IMG/VR virus record: IMGVR_UViG_3300023184_000159
Location: 1-55,903 of that record
Length of the DNA stretch: 55,903 bases
Source: a virus
Lineage: Duplodnaviria > Caudoviricetes
Reading direction: 5' to 3' (one strand)
The first letter of the stretch is position 1; each line of letters opens with the position of its first letter. Made by a program: the position numbers and the translations under genes. Under the pieces are notes generated by a model. It was not told where the DNA came from. It was given only the letters and a program-made list of their open reading frames with translations, and searched no databases. Below are positions 30,099-39,526 of this stretch, piece by piece.

Positions 30099-31382
30099 AT
30101 GACAAAAATTACACAAGCCCCCTTTATTACAGCAGGACCTGGTACTGGGTTTGTTGTAACGGATTCTTTAGCAGTATCAAGAGTACGTTATACAGATTTA
30201 TTAACAGCATTATCAACTGATCTTCAAGGAGTACAAGGTGTACAGGGCAGTAATACAGGTGTTCAAGGGGTAATTGGTGTACAAGGAATACAGGGATTTA
30301 GAGGAACACAAGGAACAACTGGTCGAGCAATTCAAGGCAGTCAGGGAATATCTGGAAGTGCTGTTGCACAAGGTGCTCAAGGTCGTCAAGGTACACAGGC
30401 AAGTCAAGGTGCTCAGGGACAAGCTATTCAAGGTGCTCAAGGCCTTGCTATTCAGGGTAGAGATGGATCCGCCGTTGCACAAGGTACTAATGGTGCTCAA
30501 GGAGTAACAGGCCCTGCAACTATATCTGAAGATACGCAAATTATATATAACGACGGTGGTACAGTTAGAGGTGATGCGGCATTTACCTGGAATAAAATTT
30601 CTAAAACCATAACTGTAGGACAAAGTAGTACCGCCGGCACCACGTTAATTAAAGGATATTATAGTAATGGTACATTAACTGTATTTGGTACTGAATATTC
30701 AAGTGGAGGTCCTATGTTAGGATATGCAGTAACTCCAAGTACCGGTGCAACCGATGCTTTTTTAAGTGCAACTAACAGTGGCCCTTTATCACGTGGTGCA
30801 TATATAATTGCTGGGATGACACATAAATGGTATAGCACATCCAGTCAAACCGTTGTGTCTGGAAATGCAGTTATCTTAAAAAACATGATGTCTCTTGATA
30901 ACACCGGGTTAACCATTAATGGAAATTTAACTCTTAATGGTGGTACATTTGCAAATGCAATACCTAGTGGTGGCATTATTATGTGGTCAGGCGGTGCTGT
31001 TCCAAGTGGGTGGTATCTGTGTAATGGTTCAAATGGAACTCCTGATTTACGCGATCGATTTATTATTGGAGCAGGGACGACCTATACAGGCGGAGATACA
31101 GGTGGCACTAAAGATGCTATAGTTGTTAGTCACACACACGGTACTACTGAATCTACACACAGACATTTAACCGGCGTCGGCGGCGAAGGTGGATTGAACA
31201 ATGCATATGGAGACAATGGTAGTCAGGCAACCGGGTGGCGAATCGATAACACAGGCGGGACTGGTCTGGATTCTTATACAAACGCAGTTACAACAGGAGT
31301 TACCATTAACTCGGCAGGCGAATCGGGCACCAACAAGAATTTGCCACCATATTATGCCCTAGCATTTATTATGAAAACATAA
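30099..31382 (+). CDS. Tail fibre with collagen-like repeats and C-terminal collar/tip domain
   Basis: G-X-Q triplets; PSGGIIMWSG..VPSGWYLCNG.NGTPDLRDRF; HTH and HRH motifs; NLPPYYALAFIMK. Confidence 0.8.
   Translation: MTKITQAPFITAGPGTGFVVTDSLAVSRVRYTDLLTALSTDLQGVQGVQGSNTGVQGVIGVQGIQGFRGTQGTTGRAIQGSQGISGSAVAQGAQGRQGTQASQGAQGQAIQGAQGLAIQGRDGSAVAQGTNGAQGVTGPATISEDTQIIYNDGGTVRGDAAFTWNKISKTITVGQSSTAGTTLIKGYYSNGTLTVFGTEYSSGGPMLGYAVTPSTGATDAFLSATNSGPLSRGAYIIAGMTHKWYSTSSQTVVSGNAVILKNMMSLDNTGLTINGNLTLNGGTFANAIPSGGIIMWSGGAVPSGWYLCNGSNGTPDLRDRFIIGAGTTYTGGDTGGTKDAIVVSHTHGTTESTHRHLTGVGGEGGLNNAYGDNGSQATGWRIDNTGGTGLDSYTNAVTTGVTINSAGESGTNKNLPPYYALAFIMKT
30228..30515 (+). repeat. Collagen-like coding repeat (Gly-X-Gln)
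   Basis: Degenerate 9-nt units rich in CAAGG, interrupted by AIQ and SAVAQ segments. Confidence 0.75.
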
Positions 31383-31414
31383 TATTTAAATAAGAAATAC
31401 AACGAGAATATGGA

Positions 31415-31422
31415 TATAAATA
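31415..31422 (+). promoter_or_regulatory. T4-type late promoter TATAAATA
   Basis: Exact T4 late consensus, intergenic, 21 nt before ATG 31444. Confidence 0.65.
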
Positions 31423-31443
31423 CACTATCAACTTATATAAATT

Positions 31444-32088
31444 ATGACAATTCCAACAAATAATCAACCCACTGCTCCACAGTCAAAACCCAACGAATCG
31501 GGTGCTGTAAGCATTCAAGGTCATATTAAAATCTTTGATCCTGTTACCAAAGAAGTACTTATTGATAAAAGAAATGCTATTCATTATGAGAATTTCTCTA
31601 TTGCATTAGCACAAAGTTTATCAAATAATGAAGGACCAATTGGAGAAATGGTGTTTGGCAATGGCGGATCTCGAGTAGACCCAACCGGAATTATTACCTA
31701 TTTAACACCAAACAATGTAGGCGGTAATGCTGCATTATATAATCAAACATATTATAAAACTGTTGATGCAAAACGTCCTTATTCGTTGGATCCTGCAAGA
31801 AACTTCATGGAAACCAGACATATTATAGGAACAGCATATTCAGATGTTCTTGTAAGTTGTTTATTAGACTTTGGTGAACCAAATGATCAATCTGCATTTG
31901 ATACAGGTACATCTAGCACCACTGATTATATATTTGATGAATTAGGTTTAAAATCTTATGCTGTTGCAGGACCCAACGAAGGCATGTTGTTAACTCATGT
32001 AATATTCCACCCTGTACAAAAATCTTTAAACAGGATGATTCAGGTTGACTATACTATAAGAATTCAAAGTATAAGTAGTGGAATTTAA
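31444..32088 (+). CDS. Putative baseplate / fibre-attachment structural protein
   Basis: In the tail module; GHIKI...KRNAI, FGNGG, FDELGL, HPVQKS..R.I.VDYTIRI resemble fibre-attachment N-terminal folds. Confidence 0.55.
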   Translation: MTIPTNNQPTAPQSKPNESGAVSIQGHIKIFDPVTKEVLIDKRNAIHYENFSIALAQSLSNNEGPIGEMVFGNGGSRVDPTGIITYLTPNNVGGNAALYNQTYYKTVDAKRPYSLDPARNFMETRHIIGTAYSDVLVSCLLDFGEPNDQSAFDTGTSSTTDYIFDELGLKSYAVAGPNEGMLLTHVIFHPVQKSLNRMIQVDYTIRIQSISSGI

Positions 32089-32090
32089 TC

Positions 32091-33827
32091 ATGGCATATA
32101 CATTATCTTTTTCAGATCCAAACACCACAACAACAATTACGGTGCTTTCAAAAACTGAAGGTACAGGTATTAATATTGATTCCACAAGTTTAACACTAGT
32201 AGGTTCTGGATATCAAAACTATGGTCTCCCTGTAGCACAAAACTTTTTAAAATTATTAGAAAATTTTGCCAGCCCTTCAGAACCTATACATGCAATCAAG
32301 GGACAACTTTGGTATGACACAAGTAATGTATCAAAACCAATATTAAGAATTAACAACGGTACAGGTACATCTGGAAGATGGCCATCTGCGAATGGTATAT
32401 ATCAACAAATAGTTGATCCTACCATTCGTTATACTAGTATAGCCGATGGTGATATTTGGGTAGACACAGCAAATAATCAATTAAAAATTAGATATAGCAA
32501 TCAATGGACAATAGTAGGACCAAATGTACTAAATGGAGAAAATAAAACTGGAAACGAAACAATACTTATTCAGGCCACAGATGGAAATAGCTATCCAATT
32601 GTAAAAAATTGGGTAAACGGTTATGTGGTTGAAATTGTTTCTTATAATGCATTTACTCCAAGAACAGTTATAGATGGATTTTCTACAATAAAAATTGGTA
32701 CTAATATTACAACTAAAGTTTTAGCAAAATATAATGGATTGGCAGAAAAAGCATCGGCACTTGAATCAGAGTATGGTGCTGTGGTTACTTCTTCTGATTT
32801 ATTAAAAAATAGAGCAACATCACAAATACATACTGGAACTTTTTATATAGAATCTTCTAATGGATTATATATACGCCCAACTTCAAACGGCAATTTGCTT
32901 AGATTATATAGCGATACGACAAATAATGGTGTTGTTAATTATGAAGGTTCAATATTAAAAGTAGGAACTCAAAATTCTTATTTAAAATTTAATTCTATAT
33001 ATGCCAACATTGGTATAAACACTAGTACTTCGTCTACAAGTCCTACATTGGATGTTGCAGGCGGAGCAAGATTAACTGGTGCTGTAAGTATTACATCAGC
33101 AGCTTCGGCTGCATTATCAGTAACAGGCGGCGGAACATTTAATGGGTCGTTGTCATCAAAAGGATTAACTGTTACAGGAAATACAACATCAACAGGTAAA
33201 ATAATTGTATCACCTACTATAGATGCAATTGCAATCCAACCAGGAACACACGATTCGTTTGATATTGGATCTACTCTGAAAAAATTTAGATCAATTTACG
33301 TTAGTAATATATATGGAGTAGATTTGTTTGCCGGTAGTATAACTGGTTCAGCATCGTCCTTGACAAATTCTAAAAAGTTTATTATACAAGGCCCTATCAC
33401 TGCCACATCTTCAGTATCATTTAATGGAACAGCAGATGTAACATTAGTAACAACTGTTACACGATCATTAATAAATGATCAAACTACATCAAATACAACA
33501 ACTGCTACTCAAACATTATTAATTTTAAATACGTCTACAACAACATCTAATTTAGAAAAAATATCTAAATCATCTTTTCTATCTGATGTTTATCCTGTAT
33601 TGATTCAACCAGGAATGATTATTCCATTTAGCACATCTACTAGTATACCATCTGGATTCTTAGTGTGTAATGGTCAGTCAACAAGCACATCTCTATATCC
33701 TTTGTTGTATGCTGTTATTGGGACATCATACGGTACTGCTGGTGCTGGAACGTTTAGAGTTCCGAATATGTCAACTACTACTTTAATTTCAGGTAGTACC
33801 TATTTAACATATCTTATAAAAACATAA
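32091..33827 (+). CDS. Tail fibre-like protein with C-terminal collar domain
   Basis: SLTLVG..Y..YG....QNFLKLLENF...GQLWYD N-terminus; C-terminal PGMIIPF...PSGFLVCNG...YPLLYAVIG..YG...FRVPN. Confidence 0.7.
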   Translation: MAYTLSFSDPNTTTTITVLSKTEGTGINIDSTSLTLVGSGYQNYGLPVAQNFLKLLENFASPSEPIHAIKGQLWYDTSNVSKPILRINNGTGTSGRWPSANGIYQQIVDPTIRYTSIADGDIWVDTANNQLKIRYSNQWTIVGPNVLNGENKTGNETILIQATDGNSYPIVKNWVNGYVVEIVSYNAFTPRTVIDGFSTIKIGTNITTKVLAKYNGLAEKASALESEYGAVVTSSDLLKNRATSQIHTGTFYIESSNGLYIRPTSNGNLLRLYSDTTNNGVVNYEGSILKVGTQNSYLKFNSIYANIGINTSTSSTSPTLDVAGGARLTGAVSITSAASAALSVTGGGTFNGSLSSKGLTVTGNTTSTGKIIVSPTIDAIAIQPGTHDSFDIGSTLKKFRSIYVSNIYGVDLFAGSITGSASSLTNSKKFIIQGPITATSSVSFNGTADVTLVTTVTRSLINDQTTSNTTTATQTLLILNTSTTTSNLEKISKSSFLSDVYPVLIQPGMIIPFSTSTSIPSGFLVCNGQSTSTSLYPLLYAVIGTSYGTAGAGTFRVPNMSTTTLISGSTYLTYLIKT

Positions 33828-33829
33828 TT

Positions 33830-34858
33830 ATGGCCTACATTATATATAACAACGACGGTTCTGTTCTAGCAAGTATTGCCACTGGAGTAGTTGATAGTGT
33901 ATCTACCAGCTTAGATCTTGTTGGTAAAAATGTTGACAACTATGGACAATATATTAATAACAATTTAGCCAAGTTACTAACAAGTTTTTCCAATCAAAAT
34001 GCACCTCCAAATCCACAACCTGGACAACTATGGTTTAATACTTATACAAAAAAATTAAATGTTTTTGATGGAACTTCTTTTAAACCCACATATGGTGCAA
34101 CAGTAAACGGCACCCCTGCTAGTACAACTAGTACAGGAGATTTATGGTATGATAGTGCTAATAGTCAATTAAAAATATGGAATGGATATAATTATAAATT
34201 AGTCGGCCCAGCTGTATCTGGAATATTAGGAAAATTTGGAATTGAACCTCCTCCAACCACTATAAGAGAAGATGATACCAATGTACCTCAAAAAGTTGGT
34301 TTAATATATTCTTACGGTACTACTATTGGATTAATTACTACAAGTTCATTTAGTATGAAAGGTACAGATTCGGCTACATACCTTGGTGTAGGGTCTGTTA
34401 CATCTATAGTAAATGGTACAACTTTTCTTCGTGATGTAGATGTAAAAGGTGATTTATATATTACGGGTAATTATTATATAGATAACGTTAAACAATTTCC
34501 AAACGGTCAAACACTAACTGCTACATTTGACATTACACCCTACGGTGATCCTAATCCAGCAATATCAGGTGTTGCTACTGCAAAAACAAATATAGAGACA
34601 GGAAATATTGCTATAAAGAATTTCTTACCTTTACTATTTTCTACAGCCACTAACGTAACAAATGATGAGCTTGGTTATCCAATAAATTCAAATGCCAAAG
34701 TAATTTGTTCGTTTAATAACGGAGTATCAATTGATGTATCTGTTAGAAGATTTAAACTAATTGATGACCCATTACATCCAGGAATTAATATATGGAAATG
34801 GTATGATATATATGATACTCCATCTCTTAGTACAGTGACTAACATTGTAAAAATTTAA
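33830..34858 (+). CDS. Tail fibre-like structural protein, paralogue of its neighbours
   Basis: Same N-terminal module (TSLDLVGKN...YGQ...GQLWF, GDLWYD). Confidence 0.65.
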   Translation: MAYIIYNNDGSVLASIATGVVDSVSTSLDLVGKNVDNYGQYINNNLAKLLTSFSNQNAPPNPQPGQLWFNTYTKKLNVFDGTSFKPTYGATVNGTPASTTSTGDLWYDSANSQLKIWNGYNYKLVGPAVSGILGKFGIEPPPTTIREDDTNVPQKVGLIYSYGTTIGLITTSSFSMKGTDSATYLGVGSVTSIVNGTTFLRDVDVKGDLYITGNYYIDNVKQFPNGQTLTATFDITPYGDPNPAISGVATAKTNIETGNIAIKNFLPLLFSTATNVTNDELGYPINSNAKVICSFNNGVSIDVSVRRFKLIDDPLHPGINIWKWYDIYDTPSLSTVTNIVKI

Positions 34859-34870
34859 AGGTTTAATTCA

Positions 34871-36118
34871 ATGTCATATATTTTAAATAAAACTAACGGT
34901 TCGATTATTGCAACAGTACAAGATGCAACAACAGACATCACAAGTGACTTAACTTTTGTAGGTAGAAACTATGCAGGTTATGGAGAAATTCAAAATGAAA
35001 ATTTTCTAAAGTTATTAGAAAATTTTTCTAATTCGTCTGCACCATTAAAACCTATTGAAGGACAACTTTGGTATGATTCAAATAGTAAACATATTAATGT
35101 TTATGATTCTACCAATTGGAAAAGTATTGCCACACTTGAAATAAATTCTACCAATCCTATTAATATAGTAGTTCCTACTACCGGTGACTTATGGTATAAT
35201 GTTTCAGAACAACAATTACATGTTTTTAATGGAACTTCGTATACATTAGTTGGTCCACCAATTGGTGCAGATTCAAATGCAGGGTGGAGAGGAGATTTTG
35301 AATCCACTGACGGTCAAAATAAAATTTATAATACCAAAGCAGTTATCAGTGGCGATGTTGTTGCAACTATATCAAATCAAGATTATACATTAAATGGTGG
35401 ATTATCTGGACAGTACACAATTAATCGTTCAGCCGGTGCCAGGTTACATAAAGGAATAAATTTAAATGGAGCAAATCCTTCTACAGGAAATTCTGAAGAG
35501 TCTGGCAATTATTTTTGGGGAACTGCTGCACATGCATTGAATGCAAACACTGCTACATATGCTTCGGGATTTTCAACCACAATTGATGCTACCAACAAAT
35601 ATAATCCTGTAGCCTTTATCAATACAGGTTCTTCTTTTACAAACGGAAGTGTTTCTATAGATTATTCATTCACGTATAATCCGTCAACTCATTTTGTTAA
35701 AGCAACAAGATTTGAAGGTGTTGCTACAAGTGCTTTTTATGCCGATCTAGCAGAAAGATATGAAGCAGATGCAATTTACGAACCTGGAACTGTTTTAGTT
35801 TTAGGTGGTGAAAAAGAAGTCACTATTTCAACATCTTATGGTGATACAAGGGTAGCGGGCATAGTAAGTACAAACCCGGCATATATGATGAATTCCGAGG
35901 CAGGATCTGACGAAACTCACCCTTATATTGCCTTAAAAGGCCGGGTTCCATGCCGAGTTGAAGGCGTTATTAACAGGGGAGACTTACTAGTAACAAGTAC
36001 ACACCCTGGATATGCTTCTGCGTGGTTAGGAGGTTCAGCCCCAGATGGAACAGTAATAGCAAAAGCCCTAGGAACTCAATCCGAGGGCTTTGGAATTATG
36101 GAAGTATTAGTAATTTAA
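34871..36118 (+). CDS. Tail fibre-like protein with C-terminal intramolecular chaperone / autocleavage domain (peptidase G2-like)
   Basis: Shared N-terminal module; YADLAERY...GTVLV...GIVSTNPA...ALKGRVP...GDLLVTS...KAL C-terminus. Confidence 0.72.
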   Translation: MSYILNKTNGSIIATVQDATTDITSDLTFVGRNYAGYGEIQNENFLKLLENFSNSSAPLKPIEGQLWYDSNSKHINVYDSTNWKSIATLEINSTNPINIVVPTTGDLWYNVSEQQLHVFNGTSYTLVGPPIGADSNAGWRGDFESTDGQNKIYNTKAVISGDVVATISNQDYTLNGGLSGQYTINRSAGARLHKGINLNGANPSTGNSEESGNYFWGTAAHALNANTATYASGFSTTIDATNKYNPVAFINTGSSFTNGSVSIDYSFTYNPSTHFVKATRFEGVATSAFYADLAERYEADAIYEPGTVLVLGGEKEVTISTSYGDTRVAGIVSTNPAYMMNSEAGSDETHPYIALKGRVPCRVEGVINRGDLLVTSTHPGYASAWLGGSAPDGTVIAKALGTQSEGFGIMEVLVI

Positions 36119-36996
36119 ACTGCCATTGGTGCTTTAATGGTAGCATAACAAGTATAATCAACTAATTTAATATCTTGCATAGTAAATTTAGTTATATCGT
36201 TAATATCTTTATTAATTTCCAATGTAGGCAATGTTAACGGTACTCTACTTAATTGTTCTCTTACTTGCTCTAAGTGATTGTCATAGATATGTGCATCACC
36301 GAATGAAATAATTAATTCTCCTACTGATAGTTCACATACCTGTGCAATCATATGAGTGAATAATGCGTAACTTGCTATGTTAAACGGCACTCCAAGAAAC
36401 ATATCTGCACTACGCTGATACATATGGCAACTTAATTTATCGCTGCTACTTACATAAAATTGTGCCATCATGTGGCAAGGAGGTAATGCCATTAGATCAA
36501 GTTCACCAGGATTCCAAGCACTAATAATATGTCTACGTCCATATGGATCTTTCTTAATACCATTAATTAATAGTTGAAGTTGATCAATATGTTTAACTGC
36601 CATACGGTTAGCACCAAACACTGGAGCACGCCATGTACGCCATTGTACTCCATACACTCTACCAAGATCACCTTTGAATCTAGCTTTTGGCCGCCAGTAT
36701 GATGCATTGGCATTTTCAGACCAAATAGTATTTTCTGTACTGTTACGACTACCGTGAAGTATTTCTTTTAAACGATTTTCATCACCACTACCTTCAATAA
36801 ACCATAGTAGTTCGCTAACAACAGATTTCCAAGCTAAACGTTTTGTGGTAATAGCTGGAAATCCTTCTTGCAGATCAAACTTTAACTGTAGTCCAAACTT
36901 ACTGATAGTACCTACGCCTGTTCTATCGGGTCGATGCTCTCCAGTATTTAAAATATCTGAAAGAGCATCGCGATAGGTGTGTTCAGAATCTGACAT
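36115..36996 (-). CDS. thyA: Thymidylate synthase
   Basis: DRTGVGT, ELLWF, MALPPCH, YQRSADMFLGVPFNIASY, GDAHIY.NH. Confidence 0.97.
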   Translation of the reverse strand: MSDSEHTYRDALSDILNTGEHRPDRTGVGTISKFGLQLKFDLQEGFPAITTKRLAWKSVVSELLWFIEGSGDENRLKEILHGSRNSTENTIWSENANASYWRPKARFKGDLGRVYGVQWRTWRAPVFGANRMAVKHIDQLQLLINGIKKDPYGRRHIISAWNPGELDLMALPPCHMMAQFYVSSSDKLSCHMYQRSADMFLGVPFNIASYALFTHMIAQVCELSVGELIISFGDAHIYDNHLEQVREQLSRVPLTLPTLEINKDINDITKFTMQDIKLVDYTCYATIKAPMAV

Positions 36997-37640
36997 TAAG
37001 CCGCGACAGTTTTCTTGGCTTTAGACTCTTTAGCCTTTGGTGGATCAATAGCGTCTGCCATTCTACGGAAATTAGCAGCATCCTTGGCTAACTTATCAGC
37101 CTTAGAACGATATTGTTTTGCAATTAGTACTGGATCAGAAATTTCTTCAGTGGATTCAACCACTACAGATTTTTTAGTCTCCGGCACCACAACGTCCGAA
37201 ATAACAATTTCTTCTTTAACAGAAGTTTTAATTTCTTCTTTAGGAGTACCATCTGTTACTGCTAGTTCTTCTAATGTAACTCCCTTTTGTTCTGCAATTA
37301 TTCTATTAAGTTCATCCAATGGTGTAGTTGATTGACTATTTGCAGTCATTAATACAAGATTGGTAGGAACTTTTTTAAGGTGTCCATTGGCATGCAAATA
37401 TTGTAGCATGACAGTACCATCAGGGAATCGACGTACAGCAAGAACATCTGCAAGTTCGTTAGCTTGCTGTCCGGCATCACTGTCAATTAGACTCATTAAT
37501 GAGTCATGATAGGCGTCGGTGAGACCATTGGTTCCTACGACTAATGCACTATTAGCATCACCAGGAATTGTTCTATAGACCACTGCTATACGAGCAGAAT
37601 TATTTTTCATCTTACCTACATGTTTGGTAAATTTAGCCAT
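36996..37640 (-). CDS. Hypothetical protein
   Basis: 214-aa ORF with a GGAG SD, coupled to thyA; globular N-terminus, acidic linker, basic helical end. Confidence 0.75.
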   Translation of the reverse strand: MAKFTKHVGKMKNNSARIAVVYRTIPGDANSALVVGTNGLTDAYHDSLMSLIDSDAGQQANELADVLAVRRFPDGTVMLQYLHANGHLKKVPTNLVLMTANSQSTTPLDELNRIIAEQKGVTLEELAVTDGTPKEEIKTSVKEEIVISDVVVPETKKSVVVESTEEISDPVLIAKQYRSKADKLAKDAANFRRMADAIDPPKAKESKAKKTVAA

Positions 37641-37655
37641 GCTACTCTCCTTGTA

Positions 37656-37883
37656 TTATTCTGCGGCTGCAGGCTTTTCTTCAGTTTGTGGTGGTGCTAC
37701 TGCATTTAAAAATGCATTTAGCTTGTCATAAGTTGAACCGACTGCAGAAATTTCATTAGCAGCAAATACTCCACGGCGTACGGCAACATCTACAATTGAC
37801 CGTAGATTTGTTAGGTCTGTAATTGTAAGCTCGGGTGTTTGTGGTGCTGCTGCCTCAGCTCCTTGTGTTTGATTTTCTTCCAT
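37656..37883 (-). CDS. Hypothetical protein
   Basis: 75 aa, AAGGA SD, tiles with neighbours. Confidence 0.7.
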   Translation of the reverse strand: MEENQTQGAEAAAPQTPELTITDLTNLRSIVDVAVRRGVFAANEISAVGSTYDKLNAFLNAVAPPQTEEKPAAAE

Positions 37884-37894
37884 TTTAAATATCC

Positions 37895-38176
37895 TTATTT
37901 TTTATGTAAATGTTGGCATCCTATTGCCAGCATGGTTAGCTCTTTTGGATCTTCCATTCCTATTTCTGTAAAAGCAACGATTTTCCTATCATGATCTAAA
38001 CCATATCCGTCTTTGATAGCATATCTGCCATCTAAGTTATATTCAATCCAATGCTCGATGTCCTTAACACTGAATCGATGCTCTATCGAAAGTTTAGTAA
38101 AATGCTCTGGAATAAAGGATAGTTTCCTTAGTCCTAATACTGACAAAGCATTTACGTTTCCTCTATTTAGAGACAT
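37895..38176 (-). CDS. Hypothetical protein
   Basis: 93 aa, tiles within the minus-strand run. Confidence 0.7.
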   Translation of the reverse strand: MSLNRGNVNALSVLGLRKLSFIPEHFTKLSIEHRFSVKDIEHWIEYNLDGRYAIKDGYGLDHDRKIVAFTEIGMEDPKELTMLAIGCQHLHKK

Positions 38177-38188
38177 TATATACCTACT

Positions 38189-39442
38189 TTATTTATAATA
38201 AGCAGTCTGGCCGAAGGGTGCAATTATGGTATCGTTGCCGTGAATAACAAACAAACTTTCGCAATAATCCTCATCTCCCCAGCTACCGCACGGATATCCA
38301 TCTGTAAACATAATAAAACGTTTTGGATTAATATCTTCACGTTTCATAAATTCATAGTTTGCATCAAAGTCTGTACCACCACCACCTTTAACCTCGTAAC
38401 TCATAATATCATCTGCATTGTCTCCAGAAAAACGAGCATAGTTATATACCTCGGTGTCAAAGCACCACAGATCCAATTTAAAGTCTCTGTACTCATCCAT
38501 GATACCTTTAACTTCACTAATGAAGTCTTTGGCCATTACATCAGAAATACTTCCGCTCATATCAATTGCTACAGATACATCAATAGTTTCTTCATTCATC
38601 ATTCCGGGCAGGATAGCACCGCAATGTTGGCTCTTACGATTTGGTCGAGCAAAGCTAAAATTGCTTTTGAAGATACTTTGGATATTCATACGCAGGAGTT
38701 GACGCCAATCCATTTTAGGCTCAGTAAAGTCACTGATCATACGACGTATACCTGCAGGTACTCGTCCAGCACCTGCAGATTGAGCAGCAGCCATTACAGC
38801 TTCTTTGATCTCGTCACGGATCTGTTTCTTTTCTTCAGCGGTTAATTTTGGACGACCTTTACCTTTGCCTTTGTTATCACCCTCTTCGCCTTCTCCGTCC
38901 TCACCATCTAAATGGTCGTCAAGCAATTCGCCAAGTGAACTGACATCAATTTTTTCTGCTTTCTCGTAGAGTTCGGAATAGATTTCTTCATAGCTCTTAC
39001 CACGATATTTGTCGTCTTGGAAGATTTTAATGAAGCTTGGCACTACACCGATACGTTCATCTTTTAGAATTTGATTAGCGGCATAGTCTGCGGCAATATT
39101 TGATAGTGTAGGATCTCGTCCGTCACGACGTCCCATGTGATCAAACACATTATGTAGAACTTCGTGTGCAAAGCCAAACTCTGCTTCTTTAGGATTTAGT
39201 TTATGAACAAAGCCATTATTGTAATAGAAGGTGCGTCCGTCTGTAGCCAATGTATTACACCACTCGCTAGCATCAACCATTTTCATACGTGTAGCAAGAT
39301 TGCCAAAGAACGGATGCTTCAATAGCAAGCCAACACGGGCTGTAATAAGTTTCTCAAGAATTTTATTTTTTTCAGACGGAGTAAACTCTTTATCTGCCCA
39401 GTCTTGCTTTTTAGTTTTTTCGGCCTTCATTACTTTAGACAT
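38189..39442 (-). CDS. Metallopeptidase-VWA protein (DUF2201-like)
   Basis: ATDG, HEVLH (HExxH), NIAADYAAN, MIDAS DMSGS, GGGGTDF, FTDGY. Confidence 0.87.
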   Translation of the reverse strand: MSKVMKAEKTKKQDWADKEFTPSEKNKILEKLITARVGLLLKHPFFGNLATRMKMVDASEWCNTLATDGRTFYYNNGFVHKLNPKEAEFGFAHEVLHNVFDHMGRRDGRDPTLSNIAADYAANQILKDERIGVVPSFIKIFQDDKYRGKSYEEIYSELYEKAEKIDVSSLGELLDDHLDGEDGEGEEGDNKGKGKGRPKLTAEEKKQIRDEIKEAVMAAAQSAGAGRVPAGIRRMISDFTEPKMDWRQLLRMNIQSIFKSNFSFARPNRKSQHCGAILPGMMNEETIDVSVAIDMSGSISDVMAKDFISEVKGIMDEYRDFKLDLWCFDTEVYNYARFSGDNADDIMSYEVKGGGGTDFDANYEFMKREDINPKRFIMFTDGYPCGSWGDEDYCESLFVIHGNDTIIAPFGQTAYYK

Positions 39443-39470
39443 AGCGTATCCTTTTAGTGTTTAAGCATAT

Positions 39471-39499
39471 ATTATACATTAAATTTATCAAAAGAGCAA
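39471..39499 (-). promoter_or_regulatory. Sigma70-type promoter for the VWA gene
   Basis: TTGCTC-17 nt-TATAAT. Confidence 0.55.
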
Positions 39500-39501
39500 G
39501 T

Positions 39502-39526
39502 AAAAAAAGCCCTTGCGGGCTTTTTT
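39502..39526 (-). terminator. Intrinsic terminator after the AAA+ gene, potentially bidirectional
   Basis: Minus strand A6-GCCC-GCAA-GGGC-T7; GNRA loop. Confidence 0.75.

Noticed and set aside
30228-30515. CAAGG-rich repeats as a CRISPR array or DNA-level repeat element
   Set aside because: Degenerate in-frame 9-nt units encoding Gly-X-Gln; no constant repeat with unique spacers.
30099-36118. Diversity-generating retroelement or invertase-driven fibre switching
   Set aside because: No reverse transcriptase, recombinase, template/variable repeat pair or inverted cassette seen.
36110-36122. Terminator at the convergence of the structural module and thyA
   Set aside because: The two stop codons overlap in TTAA, with no intergenic space or convincing hairpin.
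36115-36996. ThyA as a dCMP hydroxymethylase supplying an acceptor for the glycosyltransferase
   Set aside because: It keeps the dUMP-specifying Asn (GVPFN) and all canonical ThyA motifs.
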